From assembly GCA_965238275.1 (NCBI GenBank), contig OZ250186.1:1696001-1760000 (forward strand): a stretch of 64,000 bases of DNA, given 5' to 3'. A model generated the notes under the pieces. The model saw only the letters and a program-made list of their open reading frames with translations. It did not search any database and was not told the DNA's origin. Positions 41,843-52,966 of this stretch are shown here, piece by piece (the stretch's first letter is position 1; each line of letters starts with the position of its first letter). Origin of the DNA: Nitrosopumilus sp. (lineage in GTDB: Archaea; Thermoproteota; Nitrososphaeria; Nitrososphaerales; Nitrosopumilaceae). A program made the translations under genes and the position numbers.

Positions 41843-42996
41843 TGTATTGTAACGAAATTATGTCCACCTATTCTTCGACGCACCCTGCATGACTTCATTA
41901 GGCTGCACCGATCAGGACGACCAATGCCGACCAAACTTGATGATGCCAAAATCAAGTACGTCATCCGCGAGAAGAAGAAAGGGACATCCAACACAAAGAT
42001 AGCAGACGGTGTGGGGATAAGCACCCGTCATGTGCGCCGCCTCTGGTCCCTGTACGAGGCGACAGGATCATTACCTGTCATCAAGAGAAATTCGCAGGCA
42101 GACCAGCTGCCAAGATATCCGATGAGGATGTCAGGCGGGTGCTGGATGCGTATGGGAACGAGGGTGCTGGTGTGGGACGTGTTGCCAAGGCACTGAGGCA
42201 TCAAAACATAAGCGGGCGGACCGTATACAAGGTGATGAAGAGACGTAATCCGTAATTAGTCGTTAGGCACAAAGTGGGAATAGATGCTAGGCACGAAATG
42301 ACCCAAAACTGCCTATTACGGATTATGTCTAAGGAACACGGGTTGGTGGAACCGTGCCCCACCAAATCAAAGAAACGCAAGTGGGTAAGGTACGAACGCC
42401 TTCACTCAAACTCCATGTGGCACACGGACTGGCACGTGATGAAAGACTACCGCATGAAGGATCTGAACCTGATCACGTACTTGGACGACGCCTCAAGATG
42501 CGTGACAGGGTTTGGCCTGTTTGATGAGGCTACCGGCCAGAACGCCGTGCAGGTGCTCAGGCAGGCCGTCCAAGCATTTGGCGTCCCGTCATCCATCCTG
42601 TCCGATAACGGTTCGTGTTTTGTGGGAGTTCGAAGGGGCACGCCAAAGGGATCCTGGAGACCCACCATCTTTGAAAACGAGCTGTTGGATCTTGACATAC
42701 ACCTAATCAACTCCAGGCCATACCACCCCCAGACCAACGGCAAGCTAGAGCGGTTCCACCGAACCATTAAGGACGAGGTAGGACGGCACGACAGCTTGGA
42801 AGATTTCATCACATTCTACAACGAGAGACGATTGCACTGGTCACTTGACATAGATAATTGCCAGACGCCTCTCAAGGCGTTCCATGACAAGGCAGCAGAC
42901 GAATCCACAAGAGCTACCAACCCAAACTGGATGGAGGCGGATGTCCATGGATAAACAGCCACCAAAGGGGGGCGGACATAATTTCGTTACAATACA
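41843..42996 (+). mobile_element. IS481-family element; transposase (41924-42954) frameshifted and interrupted by a MITE
   Basis: Perfect TIR TGTATTGTAACGAAATTATGTCC at both ends; rve motifs WHTDW, LDDASR, SDNGS, PQTNGKLERF. Confidence 0.93.
42241..42330. mobile_element. 90-bp MITE, copy 2
   Basis: Identical to 24887-24976; 3-bp TSD AAG; removal restores 'VMKEHGLV'. Confidence 0.92.
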
Positions 42997-43048
42997 CCTA
43001 CAGTTTTCCCCCCTCAGACTTTATCTATTACCGGAACGCCACACCATC

Positions 43049-43296
43049 ATGGAGAGTTGCGACCGGCGCGTCCGGGCATACAAGAATGGAAGAACCCTTG
43101 AGCAGTGCCGCGACATTGCCGAATCAATGAACCCCGGATTCAAGGTACAGATAGAGCAGAATGGCCGCGTCCTGTGGAGTGAGATACTTGCGCAGGCGGA
43201 TCATGACGAGCTTGTCTACAAGTTTACGCTAAAGTTTCTCAGGCGCGACGGCTACGACATCGGCAACTACAAGACCCCCGAGGTAAAGCGGTTTGC

Positions 43297-43300
<4 letters not shown>
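43049..43300 (+). CDS. Conserved hypothetical protein
   Basis: 'CDRRVRAYKNGRT...YKFTLKFLRRDGYDIG'. Confidence 0.75.
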
Positions 43301-44118
<818 letters not shown>

Positions 44119-44166
44119 GCCTTGTACTCTGCCCCGGTCTGATTAAATCCTATCTTGCATGGCTCC

Positions 44167-45993
44167 TCAGCTTAGCCGCGGGACAAAGATGTAGATGATT
44201 GCAATTATCTCCAGCCTCCCAAAGATCATCAGGAATCCCAGGTATATCTTGGTTGCCGGATCCGTCTCCGAGTCGATGACCCCGGCTGAGAGTCCGCCCG
44301 TGGTGATGACCCCCACTGCCTCGAGGAATGCGTCCTGGTATGGCACGTTCTCTATGGCTGCAAGGTGCACCCCCGTGACTGCCGAGATTATCAGAAAGAG
44401 CCCCAGTATGATGCTGGTTGATACGATCTCCTTTCTTGTCTGGTCTTCAAGGCTGCTCCATCCGGACCTTTTAAGCGCCCGGAATGCGTCCCTAAAATGA
44501 AAGAGCCTGAATATCTTCAGCCCCCCGGCAGTGGAGAACCCGCAGCCCCCTATAATCATGAGGATGACAAGTATCAACTGCGCCGGCCCCCCGAGCCCTG
44601 CAAGGCTCTCCAGCTGCAGGCCCGCAGTGGTGCTTGCAGATACGGTGAGAAACGCGCCGTCCAGCGGGTCGATACCGGAGATGGCCATGAACAGGAGCAG
44701 CGCGCCGCCCAGTATTGCAAAGTACGTCAGGACCTCCCTGCCAAGCTTTGGGGCAAGGAACTTTTTTCTTACAAACGCATAGTGGAACGTAAACGGCAGC
44801 GCGCCCAGGATCATCGCGCCCATCAGCACCACGTACTCCTGCCACATCAGGCCTTCAAGGATCGTCGATGACGGGACAAACCCCCCGGTGGCAAGCGTGC
44901 TCATTGCCAGCGAAAAGTCGTCAAGAAGGTTCCCCCTGCCAAGTACAAACAGCAAAAGCGCCACTATCACGATGTACAGGGCAAAGATGACTGTGATGGT
45001 AAGGAAGAGCTCCTTCATGTGGAGCGTCTTTCCGGATATGAACCCGCGCATGGACTGCAGCTTTGACTCGGGATAGAACGCAGTGATTACCAGGTATATG
45101 AAACTCATGCCCCCGACTAGCTGCGTGTAACTGCGATAGAATGTAAAGCTCTGCTGGAGTTCCTCCGGGTTCTCAAAGAGCGATATTCCTCCGGTGGTAA
45201 ACCCTGCAGCGCTTGAAAAGAACGCGTTTCCAAACGTCTCCACGCTGGTGTCATCGTCGGGAAAGACGTACAGGTACGGCACGGTTCCAAAAAGCGACAG
45301 AAGAAAGAGGCTTGCAAAGACCAGGATGGATGCCTGCTGCAGGTTCAGGCTTGACTTTTCGCCATACGAGTTCAGAAAGAATCCCGTGACAAGCAAAAGG
45401 ACGGTAGTCAGGTATATTCCGGTGGCAATGGTGGTATCCTCAAGTATGGTTGCAACGATTGCAGGAACAAGCAGCAGGACGCCTGCAAACTGCAGCACAA
45501 AGCCAAGGTTGCCAAGCACTGCCTTGACCGGGGGGCTCAGGAGCCTTGGCGGGATTGCAATTGCGTCCCTTATGGCATTTGCAATGGTCGCCTCAAAGAT
45601 CATCCCGACGATCTCGTCCTTCTTTGAGAGGACCGGCAGTTTTCTGACATTGTTCTTCTTCATCGTGTCCAGTGCCTCCTTGAGTGTGGATTTTTCGCCG
45701 ATTGTGATTAGCGGGGTGCTCATGACATCCTTCAGGATGGTGGTCTCGGCATAGACTGTCGCGTCACTTACCTTGCTGAGGATGTCATCGTCGGTGACGA
45801 TTCCAATGGGGGTGCCCTGCCTGTCTGTGACTATGACGTCGTCCCTTTCATACCTGCGCAGCAGCCTGGCAGCAGTCCTTGTCAGCGTCCCCGAGGGCAG
45901 TTTCAGTACATCCTTGTCCATGTACTCCCTCACATGCTTGTTTCGGACGTAGGATATGGCCCGCTCCGGGTTTGTAGACAACAGGGTATCCAC
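44167..45993 (-). CDS. trkH: TrkH-family K+ uptake protein with an N-terminal CBS pair
   Basis: CBS domains followed by pore motifs 'AGFTTGG', 'TLATGG', 'STTAG', 'ITTGG' and 'LMIFGRLE'. Confidence 0.9.
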   Translation of the reverse strand: MDTLLSTNPERAISYVRNKHVREYMDKDVLKLPSGTLTRTAARLLRRYERDDVIVTDRQGTPIGIVTDDDILSKVSDATVYAETTILKDVMSTPLITIGEKSTLKEALDTMKKNNVRKLPVLSKKDEIVGMIFEATIANAIRDAIAIPPRLLSPPVKAVLGNLGFVLQFAGVLLLVPAIVATILEDTTIATGIYLTTVLLLVTGFFLNSYGEKSSLNLQQASILVFASLFLLSLFGTVPYLYVFPDDDTSVETFGNAFFSSAAGFTTGGISLFENPEELQQSFTFYRSYTQLVGGMSFIYLVITAFYPESKLQSMRGFISGKTLHMKELFLTITVIFALYIVIVALLLFVLGRGNLLDDFSLAMSTLATGGFVPSSTILEGLMWQEYVVLMGAMILGALPFTFHYAFVRKKFLAPKLGREVLTYFAILGGALLLFMAISGIDPLDGAFLTVSASTTAGLQLESLAGLGGPAQLILVILMIIGGCGFSTAGGLKIFRLFHFRDAFRALKRSGWSSLEDQTRKEIVSTSIILGLFLIISAVTGVHLAAIENVPYQDAFLEAVGVITTGGLSAGVIDSETDPATKIYLGFLMIFGRLEIIAIIYIFVPRLS

Positions 45994-46114
45994 GGTTGCG
46001 GATTTTAAATAATTTGGGGTTGGGAGTCTGCAGCGTCATGCAGCATGGGTTTGTGCCCGAACGGGGTGCCTCTGTGTGAATTATGCTTATAAGCATTGGG
46101 GGTGGAATTCTGTC

Positions 46115-46540
46115 ATGGATATCGACCAGGTCCAGGAGCCTGACTACGAGTCTGTGCGGATTGAATACGTCGGGTTCGTCGATCCGTATGCAGTGGAGGG
46201 ATTGATCATCCTCAAGACCGATGACGGAAGGGAATTTCACATGAGGGCGTTTTCAGGCGAGGTTGCAAGGCACATGTCGGGTTTTGGCAGTGCCGAAGGC
46301 GAGTCCGTCCCGTCAGTATACCAGATGATAGAGGAGATCTGCGAGGAGAACGAGCTGGTGCTGGTAAAGGTAAAGATTTACGAGAGCGGCCAGGTGCTGC
46401 GGGCAAACCTCTACTTTACAGGCAGAAAGGACATGGTGCTGCGCAACTATCGCGCCTCAGACGCAGTCGCGCTGGGGGCATTTTACAACATTCCGATACT
46501 GCTCAGAAAGAACCTCCTCAGGGTCAGTACGGACGCATGA
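46115..46540 (+). CDS. Bifunctional nuclease family (DUF151) protein
   Basis: 'LVKVKIYE...RASDAVALG...PIL'. Confidence 0.8.
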   Translation: MDIDQVQEPDYESVRIEYVGFVDPYAVEGLIILKTDDGREFHMRAFSGEVARHMSGFGSAEGESVPSVYQMIEEICEENELVLVKVKIYESGQVLRANLYFTGRKDMVLRNYRASDAVALGAFYNIPILLRKNLLRVSTDA

Positions 46541-47014
46541 TGCCTGCCGGGTTCAGGCAGGCGTGCCGGTTTTATGGCACCATCACACCAAAATCCATTG
46601 CCGCCCCTGCGGCCTGAATTGCAGGCGTCTGCAAAAAACCACAGCGCTGATGCACAAGATCAGATAAAATCACGCATTTGTCGTACTCGTGCATATTGCG
46701 TGGAAAATATTACCGCTCATCGGCATCTGTCTCCGTCTGCAGGCACGGGCAGGAGCACCCCTGCAGGATTGCATTACACAAGCGCACCATTTTACGTCCA
46801 TCTCTGATGTATTCCAGGGCAGTGTCATCGCATGCCGGATGGTCCGGCAGATTAACAGGTTTGTCAATGTACTATTTTATACCACACTTAACAATTGGCA
46901 TATCTGATTTTCCTGCAAGAGTGATCATCCGGTATTCGCTTAAATATGATCAACGCAAACAAATAACCTAGGAAGATAAATTAGGTATAAATACTGAATG
47001 TGTGTAATTATAGT

Positions 47015-47155
47015 ATGGCAAGAAGAGTTACGATCATGATTCAAGATGATCTGGATAGAAAAGTGCGCCAATACCAGGCCAAGATGATACAAAGTAGCAA
47101 CAAATCATACAGCTATTCCAGGGCTGTCAATGACATACTAAAGAAAAACATCTAA
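47015..47155 (+). CDS. 46-aa ribbon-helix-helix-like protein, paralogue 3 (not in ORF track)
   Basis: MARRVTIMIQDDLDRKVRQYQAKMIQSSNKSYSYSRAVNDILKKNI; TATAAA about 25 bp upstream. Confidence 0.82.
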   Translation: MARRVTIMIQDDLDRKVRQYQAKMIQSSNKSYSYSRAVNDILKKNI

Positions 47156-47635
47156 AATAATCCAGCATCAGACTGCATTGTGGTGATCAAAAGACCGTGC
47201 CAGATAGTTTGGTTTTCTGACGGCAGATTGGGAAATCTCCGGATTGAATCCGGGAAATCCGCGATACCCTGAGTGGAAACTGCGCATGTGCAAAATTTTT
47301 TGTGACATTCTGAAACCGGGGGGAGGGAGGGATCTGATGCAGTCATTCCCCCGGGATTGGGATGTGGCAAGTCTGGAATATCCGAAATTTGGCTAGCAGT
47401 GGCACAACTGGATATGAATTAAATCCGGAATGTGTCAGTATTGCACGTGCATGCCGCCTCAAAAGGCTGCGGGGTCTGCACGGTGTTGGGTTTGGCAGGC
47501 TCAATTTTGCACATGCCCCCGCAGCATAGAACGACGTGCCTGATTTGGTTCGGTTGTATGCTGCGGATGCAAACTCTTTTTTTGAGCCCGCCGTTTTGTA
47601 TCTGCGTGGGCAGGACAATATTCATCAAGGAGATA

Positions 47636-47863
47636 ATTGCAATCCTCAAAAAACCCGAATTCTGTCCCAGGTGTATGAAGAGTGACCGGCTAGAGGAGGG
47701 TGTAGTCCGGGAGGAAAGGACCGGGGGCAGCACCCTTTTGTGCACCAGGTGCGAGGCGCTGACGGTGGTTACAAACCAGAACATCAGGCGCGTGGAGCTC
47801 TCATCAAGCCGGGGGGACGTGATAATGCTCAAGGAGCCGCATCTCATCAGAAGGGTGGGCTGA
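47636..47863 (+). CDS. Small zinc-binding protein (start codon uncertain)
   Basis: 'KPEFCPRC...LLCTRCEAL...LKEPHLIRRV'. Confidence 0.65.
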   Translation: MAILKKPEFCPRCMKSDRLEEGVVREERTGGSTLLCTRCEALTVVTNQNIRRVELSSSRGDVIMLKEPHLIRRVG

Positions 47864-48065
47864 GGTTTCAGGATGCAGTAATATAGGATAATGCCCGGAC
47901 GCTAGGTGCTGATGATTATCTGACAACCTGCTGATGCGTGATGAGTTTGCCGAATTATGAAGCACGGGATTCCAATGGCGTCATTGCGCCTGTAATGGTT
48001 TGGTGCCAAGCCGGTTTGGCTGGCTTGTGCGGTTAACTGACGAATGGTTATATCATGTCCAGCCA

Positions 48066-48251
48066 ATGTGTGTTGTGGTCTGGTACTATATCGCAATTGG
48101 GATTGCCGCAGCCGTAATCATCAAGCTTGCCATTCCGTATATCCGGCGGAGATACGTAGATAACGATGGTGCCGTGGCGTGCCCCGTATGTGGCAACCGA
48201 TACACTAGGAATGAGGGGCCGTGCCCCAAGTGTGGCGTGGGCGGCAGATGA
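48066..48251 (+). CDS. Small membrane-anchored zinc-ribbon protein
   Basis: TM helix followed by CPVC...CPKC. Confidence 0.65.
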   Translation: MCVVVWYYIAIGIAAAVIIKLAIPYIRRRYVDNDGAVACPVCGNRYTRNEGPCPKCGVGGR

Positions 48252-48460
48252 CGGCCGGATGCATCCAGTCGTGCACGCTTGGTTTTGGTTCTTCCCTGTG
48301 CAGGGATGCTGCACAACCCAACTGCAGATCATGCGCATGGGATTTCAGGCAGATGACGGCCGGATGCATCCAGTCGTGCACGCTTGGTTTTGGTTCTTCC
48401 CTGTGCAGGGATGCTGCACAACCCAACTGCAGATCATGCGCATGGGATTTCAGGCAGATG
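48243..48460. repeat. Perfect 105-bp tandem duplication
   Basis: Units start at 48243 and 48348; the 8-bp GGCAGATG recurs at 48243, 48348 and 48453. Confidence 0.95.
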
Positions 48461-48511
48461 TGGTACTAATCTGGAATAACATTTTAAAGCAAAAAACGCG
48501 GTTTTCCTGAT

Positions 48512-49246
48512 ATGGCAGAGATCACCCTTGCAATTGCCGCACTTGCGGGTCTGGGATCCTTTGTGGCACCGTGCATCCTGCCCATGATTCCTGCATTCAT
48601 TGCGTATATCTCGGGAACCACCCTCTCGGATCTGAACCAGAGCAGGGGCTCTGGAACAGTCACGATAAACAGGACAAACATCATACTAAACTCAGTCTTT
48701 TTTGTGGTTGGGTTCTCAGTCGTGTTCTCGACGCTTGGCGTGCTGATCAACAGCGTTCTTTCAACGTCCACCGGGGAGATAGTAGCGGGGCTCAACCAGG
48801 CAGGCGGCGTCATAATAGTAGGGTTTGGAGTGTTTCTGCTTTTGTCAACCAAGATCAACAAGCTCAACATGGAAAAAAAGTTCTTCCCAAAGAGGTCCAA
48901 GGCAAGCTATCCAATGTCCTTTGTGTTCGGGCTTGCATTTGCCGTGGGCTGGACCCCGTGCGTGGGACCCATACTGGGCACCATACTGACTCTTGCTGCA
49001 ACCACTCCCTCTGTCGCATTCAACTTGCTACTGGTTTATTCGCTGGGGCTTGGAATACCATTCATACTGATAGGCGTGTTCTATTCCAGGGCAAGCAGGC
49101 TGATCCGCTCAATGAGCAAGCACCTAAAGTACTACAACGTGATTCTGGGGGCATTCATAGTGCTGCTTGGAGTATTGGTGTTTACAAACCAGCTTGCATA
49201 CATTGCAAACTTTCCACTTCTCAACGAGCTGTTGTTCCTAGGGTGA
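48512..49246 (+). CDS. ccdA: CcdA/DsbD transmembrane disulfide-reducing protein
   Basis: 'SFVAPCILPMIP', 'GWTPCVGPIL', 'YSLGLGIPF'. Confidence 0.93.
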   Translation: MAEITLAIAALAGLGSFVAPCILPMIPAFIAYISGTTLSDLNQSRGSGTVTINRTNIILNSVFFVVGFSVVFSTLGVLINSVLSTSTGEIVAGLNQAGGVIIVGFGVFLLLSTKINKLNMEKKFFPKRSKASYPMSFVFGLAFAVGWTPCVGPILGTILTLAATTPSVAFNLLLVYSLGLGIPFILIGVFYSRASRLIRSMSKHLKYYNVILGAFIVLLGVLVFTNQLAYIANFPLLNELLFLG

Positions 49247-49256
49247 TGATGACGAT

Positions 49257-50384
49257 ATGAAGCCAGAACTCAGAACCCCGCTGATACTTGGAATAGTCAT
49301 TGTGACTGGAATAGGCGCCATGAGCCTCATCTTTTCTGCCTACGACGAGCAGGTTGCAGCACCGGATGCAAGCCTGACAGGAGCGGACGGCACCGCAGGC
49401 AGCGCCCTTTTAACCATCGACAAGTCGGGGTTCAAGACGGCACCGGGGATTGTCGGGATTGCAGACTATATCAACACGACTCCTGAGGCCCTGGCACAGG
49501 AGATGGAAGGCAAGGTGGTCCTGTATGACATATGGACGTACAGCTGCATCAACTGCATCAGGACCCTTCCGCACATTACGGCATGGGACGACAAGTATGC
49601 AGAGCAGGGGCTGCTGATAGTGGGGATTCACAGTCCGGAGTTTGAGTTTGAAAAGGATCTCAACAACGTGCAGACGGCAGTGGCCAAGCACGGGATAAGC
49701 TATCCGGTGGTGCTGGATAATGACAAGGAGACATGGAAGGCATTCGAGAACCGCTACTGGCCAAGAAAGTACATTGCAGACCACGAGGGGTTCATCAGGT
49801 ATGATCACATAGGCGAGGGCGCCTACCAGGAGACTGAAAGGGTCATACAGCAGCTGCTAAGGGAGAGGTCAGCGTCGCTTGGAGTCCAGACTGCCTCAGC
49901 CACGGGTCTGGTTGATGTTGACGAGTTTGAGCATACGCTGTTTCGTACCCCCGAGCTGTACTTTGGGTACTACTTTGCGCAGGGCAGGAGCCAGATTGGA
50001 AGTCCGGAGGGATTCAGTCCCGGAAACACCGTAACGTACTCTGAGCCGGATGCGGTGAACCTGCACAAATTTTATCCGGTAGGGGACTGGACAAACCTCT
50101 CAGACAGCATGGAGCTGGAATCTGAGACCGGCGCCATCAAGCTTCGATACAACGCCAAGGAGGTAAACATTGTCACCGAGAACAGCGCAGAACTTGAGAT
50201 ATTTCTGGACGGTAAGCCGATCCCGCCGGAGCTTGCAGGGGCCGACATCACGTCAGGGAACATCCTGAACGTGGAGGAGCCGGACCTGTACAATATCGTG
50301 TCTGGGGATTCCAGTTCGGAGCACCTCCTGGACATCAGGGTCAGCGGCCAGGGATTCCAGATATTTACGTTCACGTTTGGATGA
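49257..50384 (+). CDS. Membrane-anchored redoxin (DipZ-like)
   Basis: 'WTYSCINCIRTLP', 'GIHSPEFEFEK', 'NRYWP', 'TPELY', C-terminal 'FTFG'. Confidence 0.9.
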   Translation: MKPELRTPLILGIVIVTGIGAMSLIFSAYDEQVAAPDASLTGADGTAGSALLTIDKSGFKTAPGIVGIADYINTTPEALAQEMEGKVVLYDIWTYSCINCIRTLPHITAWDDKYAEQGLLIVGIHSPEFEFEKDLNNVQTAVAKHGISYPVVLDNDKETWKAFENRYWPRKYIADHEGFIRYDHIGEGAYQETERVIQQLLRERSASLGVQTASATGLVDVDEFEHTLFRTPELYFGYYFAQGRSQIGSPEGFSPGNTVTYSEPDAVNLHKFYPVGDWTNLSDSMELESETGAIKLRYNAKEVNIVTENSAELEIFLDGKPIPPELAGADITSGNILNVEEPDLYNIVSGDSSSEHLLDIRVSGQGFQIFTFTFG

Positions 50385-50521
50385 TGCGTATTGGATGGCA
50401 CCCATGCCGTCTTGCGCTATGATTGCAGCAGGTACTGGCCGGTGCGCAAGACGGGGCTTTTGGTTGCATGCGCGTCTGCCTGCTCCATTCTTATTGGAAA
50501 GCGGCCAAGCCGTGGCAGCCT

Positions 50522-51139
50522 ATGCGTTTTGATATTGGGATAATTGCCCAGGTGGTGACATCCCCCAACTCTGCGTTTGCGCGCCTCTGCGGCGACCCGG
50601 ACGCATACATGGGACAGTCAGTGGCGGTGTTCCTAGTCGCATCCATCCTCGGGGCAGTCATCGTGGTACCATACGAGATCATCCATGGGCATGCAGGCGG
50701 ATCAAGCTGGGCCCCATTCCTTGTCAACATGACGTCCGTACTGGTAAGCGGGGTAGTCTCCGTGCTGGTCGTGCACCTTGCAGGACGCAGGTTCGGCGGC
50801 AGCCATGACTGGAGACAGACGTTCGTGACGCTGTTCCACGTGCACATGCTGCTTGTGGTGGCGTCTGCAGCCGTCGGGGTGATATGGGTCGCAGTGCCCC
50901 CGTCGGACATGCGCCATTTGATGCTCGCCTTTGAACAGGGCATTGAGCTTGCTCTTGCGTACTATGCCATAGTGGTCGCAGTCTCGGCATGGATCATAGT
51001 CCTGTCTGTAAAGGCGATAAAGGTGGTGCACTCGTTTGGAACGGCCAAGGCGTTCGGGCTGCTGGTTCTGGCCGTGGCTGCCGCATACGCTGCCACCGTG
51101 CCTTTTGATCTCAGCATGCCGCTTGTTGCGGGCCCGTAG
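50522..51139 (+). CDS. Yip1-family membrane protein
   Basis: 'VVTSPNSAF', 'LAGRRFGG', five TM segments, 'AIKVVHSFGTAKA'. Confidence 0.75.
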   Translation: MRFDIGIIAQVVTSPNSAFARLCGDPDAYMGQSVAVFLVASILGAVIVVPYEIIHGHAGGSSWAPFLVNMTSVLVSGVVSVLVVHLAGRRFGGSHDWRQTFVTLFHVHMLLVVASAAVGVIWVAVPPSDMRHLMLAFEQGIELALAYYAIVVAVSAWIIVLSVKAIKVVHSFGTAKAFGLLVLAVAAAYAATVPFDLSMPLVAGP

Positions 51140-51384
51140 CCAAGACTGTGGCAGCGATGCTTAATTGTGCCACGGCAGGTTGTCTCCACCATGGTACGTA
51201 ATTCCTCCCAGCCGAAGTCTGACAGATGCGTCTTCTGATCAGTGATCCTGTATGCCCCGCAATGAGAACACCAAAGACGGAAAAGATACCGGCAGCGTTA
51301 CGAACTTGCAAAGTCGAGTCGTTTCATCTGAACGGAGGATTGATCGATGTAATCGGGAGAACCCGTGCCCACATCCGAAAATCG

Positions 51385-51456
51385 GTAACCGGGTGGGTGT
51401 AACTGCACCCTGCTGTAACTGCAGTTACATGATGCATGGTAACACACCGGTTTAAA
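51385..51456 (+). promoter_or_regulatory. GTAAC repeat/palindrome array and TATA box upstream of the ESCRT-III gene
   Basis: GTAAC at 51385, 51399, 51415 and 51439; perfect palindrome TGTAACTGCAGTTACA at 51414-51429; TTTAAA at 51451. Confidence 0.55.
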
Positions 51457-51490
51457 GCAAATATTTCAAGATAACCTGAGGAAACCAAGA

Positions 51491-52147
51491 TTGTTAAGCA
51501 ATTCCTGGAACAGGACAGAAAAAGAGAGCATCTCCCAGAAAATGATGGGCAGGGTAAGACCTGAAGAACCATTAAAGAACAGGATTGATGTTGCGCAGAA
51601 AAAGCTGCAATTCCAGATCTCAAAGCTTGAGAAAATCGGTGAAAAGTTGCAAATGAAACATGATGTGATCTTCGAAAAGATCGTCCAAGCGCAGAAAAGC
51701 AACAGAAACCGGTATGCTCATGCTTATGCAGGAGAGCTGGCGCAGGTACGCAAGATGAAGAACATGATCAGCGGCGCAAGATTGTCCATGGAGCAGATCA
51801 GGCTCAGACTGGATACTGTTTCGGAGTTGGGAGACGTAGTAGTAACTCTCAGCCCATGCATGTCGATCATCAAGGGCCTCAGTCCGTCGTTGAGCGGGAT
51901 TATGCCAGACGCGAATGCATCCATGCAGGGTCTGTCCCAGATTCTCGGCGATGTGATGGCTGACTCCTCGATGAATCTCGGAAGTGACATAAGCGTGGAT
52001 ACTGGGAGCAACGCAGACACGCTTGCAATCCTGGAAGAGGCACATGATGTAATTGCAGGCCAGACAAAGTCTGCAATTCCGGATGTCCCAGACAGCCTCA
52101 AAGGGCAGCGCGTTGACAGGATGCGCGGCTCGATACAAGAGGCCTGA
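51491..52147 (+). CDS. ESCRT-III/Snf7 family (CdvB-like) protein
   Basis: 'PLKNRID...YAGELAQVRKM...MEQIRLRLDTVSELGDVVVTLSP...ILEEA'. Confidence 0.92.
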   Translation: MLSNSWNRTEKESISQKMMGRVRPEEPLKNRIDVAQKKLQFQISKLEKIGEKLQMKHDVIFEKIVQAQKSNRNRYAHAYAGELAQVRKMKNMISGARLSMEQIRLRLDTVSELGDVVVTLSPCMSIIKGLSPSLSGIMPDANASMQGLSQILGDVMADSSMNLGSDISVDTGSNADTLAILEEAHDVIAGQTKSAIPDVPDSLKGQRVDRMRGSIQEA

Positions 52148-52150
52148 ATG

Positions 52151-52492
52151 TCAGGGAGACGGCTGATCACCGCTTCTCTGGATCAGGGCCTTTTTTATTC
52201 TAAATATGGTGGGATAGCTGTATCCGCGCCTGCGGTAGTTTGCAATCATGATCTTCCAGTTCTTCAGCCTCCACCGGGCCTGCTCGGCGGTGACTGAGTG
52301 GACCTCCTTTTGGATTATGCTCTTTCGTCCCACCCTTAGGGTCCCTGCGTCCTTTGCAGACCACCTGTTTCTTGCAAACTTTAGCCCCGCCAGAATCTCG
52401 TCTAGCGGCATCTCCCCAAAGTATTTTTGCAGATCCCTCATCTGGGAGTCGGTGGGCTTTTCTGCTACCGGAAGCCGTATGGTATCCTTCAC
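52151..52492 (-). CDS. Conserved hypothetical protein
   Basis: 'LKFARNRWSAKDAGTL...WRLKNWKIMIANYRRRGYSYPTI'; start uncertain. Confidence 0.7.
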   Translation of the reverse strand: MKDTIRLPVAEKPTDSQMRDLQKYFGEMPLDEILAGLKFARNRWSAKDAGTLRVGRKSIIQKEVHSVTAEQARWRLKNWKIMIANYRRRGYSYPTIFRIKKALIQRSGDQPSP

Positions 52493-52726
52493 AGGATTAT
52501 CTGGACCGCACCCACTTAATAGAATCACGCCTTTTCCCCCGGCACGGCGCCCTGACGGGATGCCTTCCGGTGTGGCTATGCCCGAACGCCAGGGTATGGA
52601 TTGTCCGGGCATGCCGGGGGACGGTGCAGGTTTCCCCAAGAACAGGGTATTTACGGAGGCTGCCAGGTTCGCATCCAGGCAGACGGGACATGCGACAATT
52701 TTATAGGGTCCTGTGGAATTCATTGC

Positions 52727-52846
52727 ATGGGTCGACTTACCAAGATTCTTGTGCTGGTTCCCCTGACTGCCTTTGGGGTTGTGATACTGGGGTTTGGGAT
52801 GTACCTGACTCTGTGCAAAAACTCCAACATCCCGCTTGACTGCTGA
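52727..52846 (+). CDS. Small single-TM protein
   Basis: MGRLTKILVLVPLTAFGVVILGFGMYLTLCKNSNIPLDC; TTTATA about 25 bp upstream. Confidence 0.5.
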   Translation: MGRLTKILVLVPLTAFGVVILGFGMYLTLCKNSNIPLDC

Positions 52847-52966
52847 TGCCGGTCTGCAGACGGACGGACGGACGGACGGACAGTCGGATACTGCATGGTC
52901 AAAAATGCGCGTGGTTTGGCCACATCGGCATGTCCGGATGCAGCAGGCAGTGGTGGATTCCCACGC

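Noticed and set aside
41018-42196. Integrase-transposase fusion protein
   Set aside because: Chance in-frame read-through across the IS481 left end.
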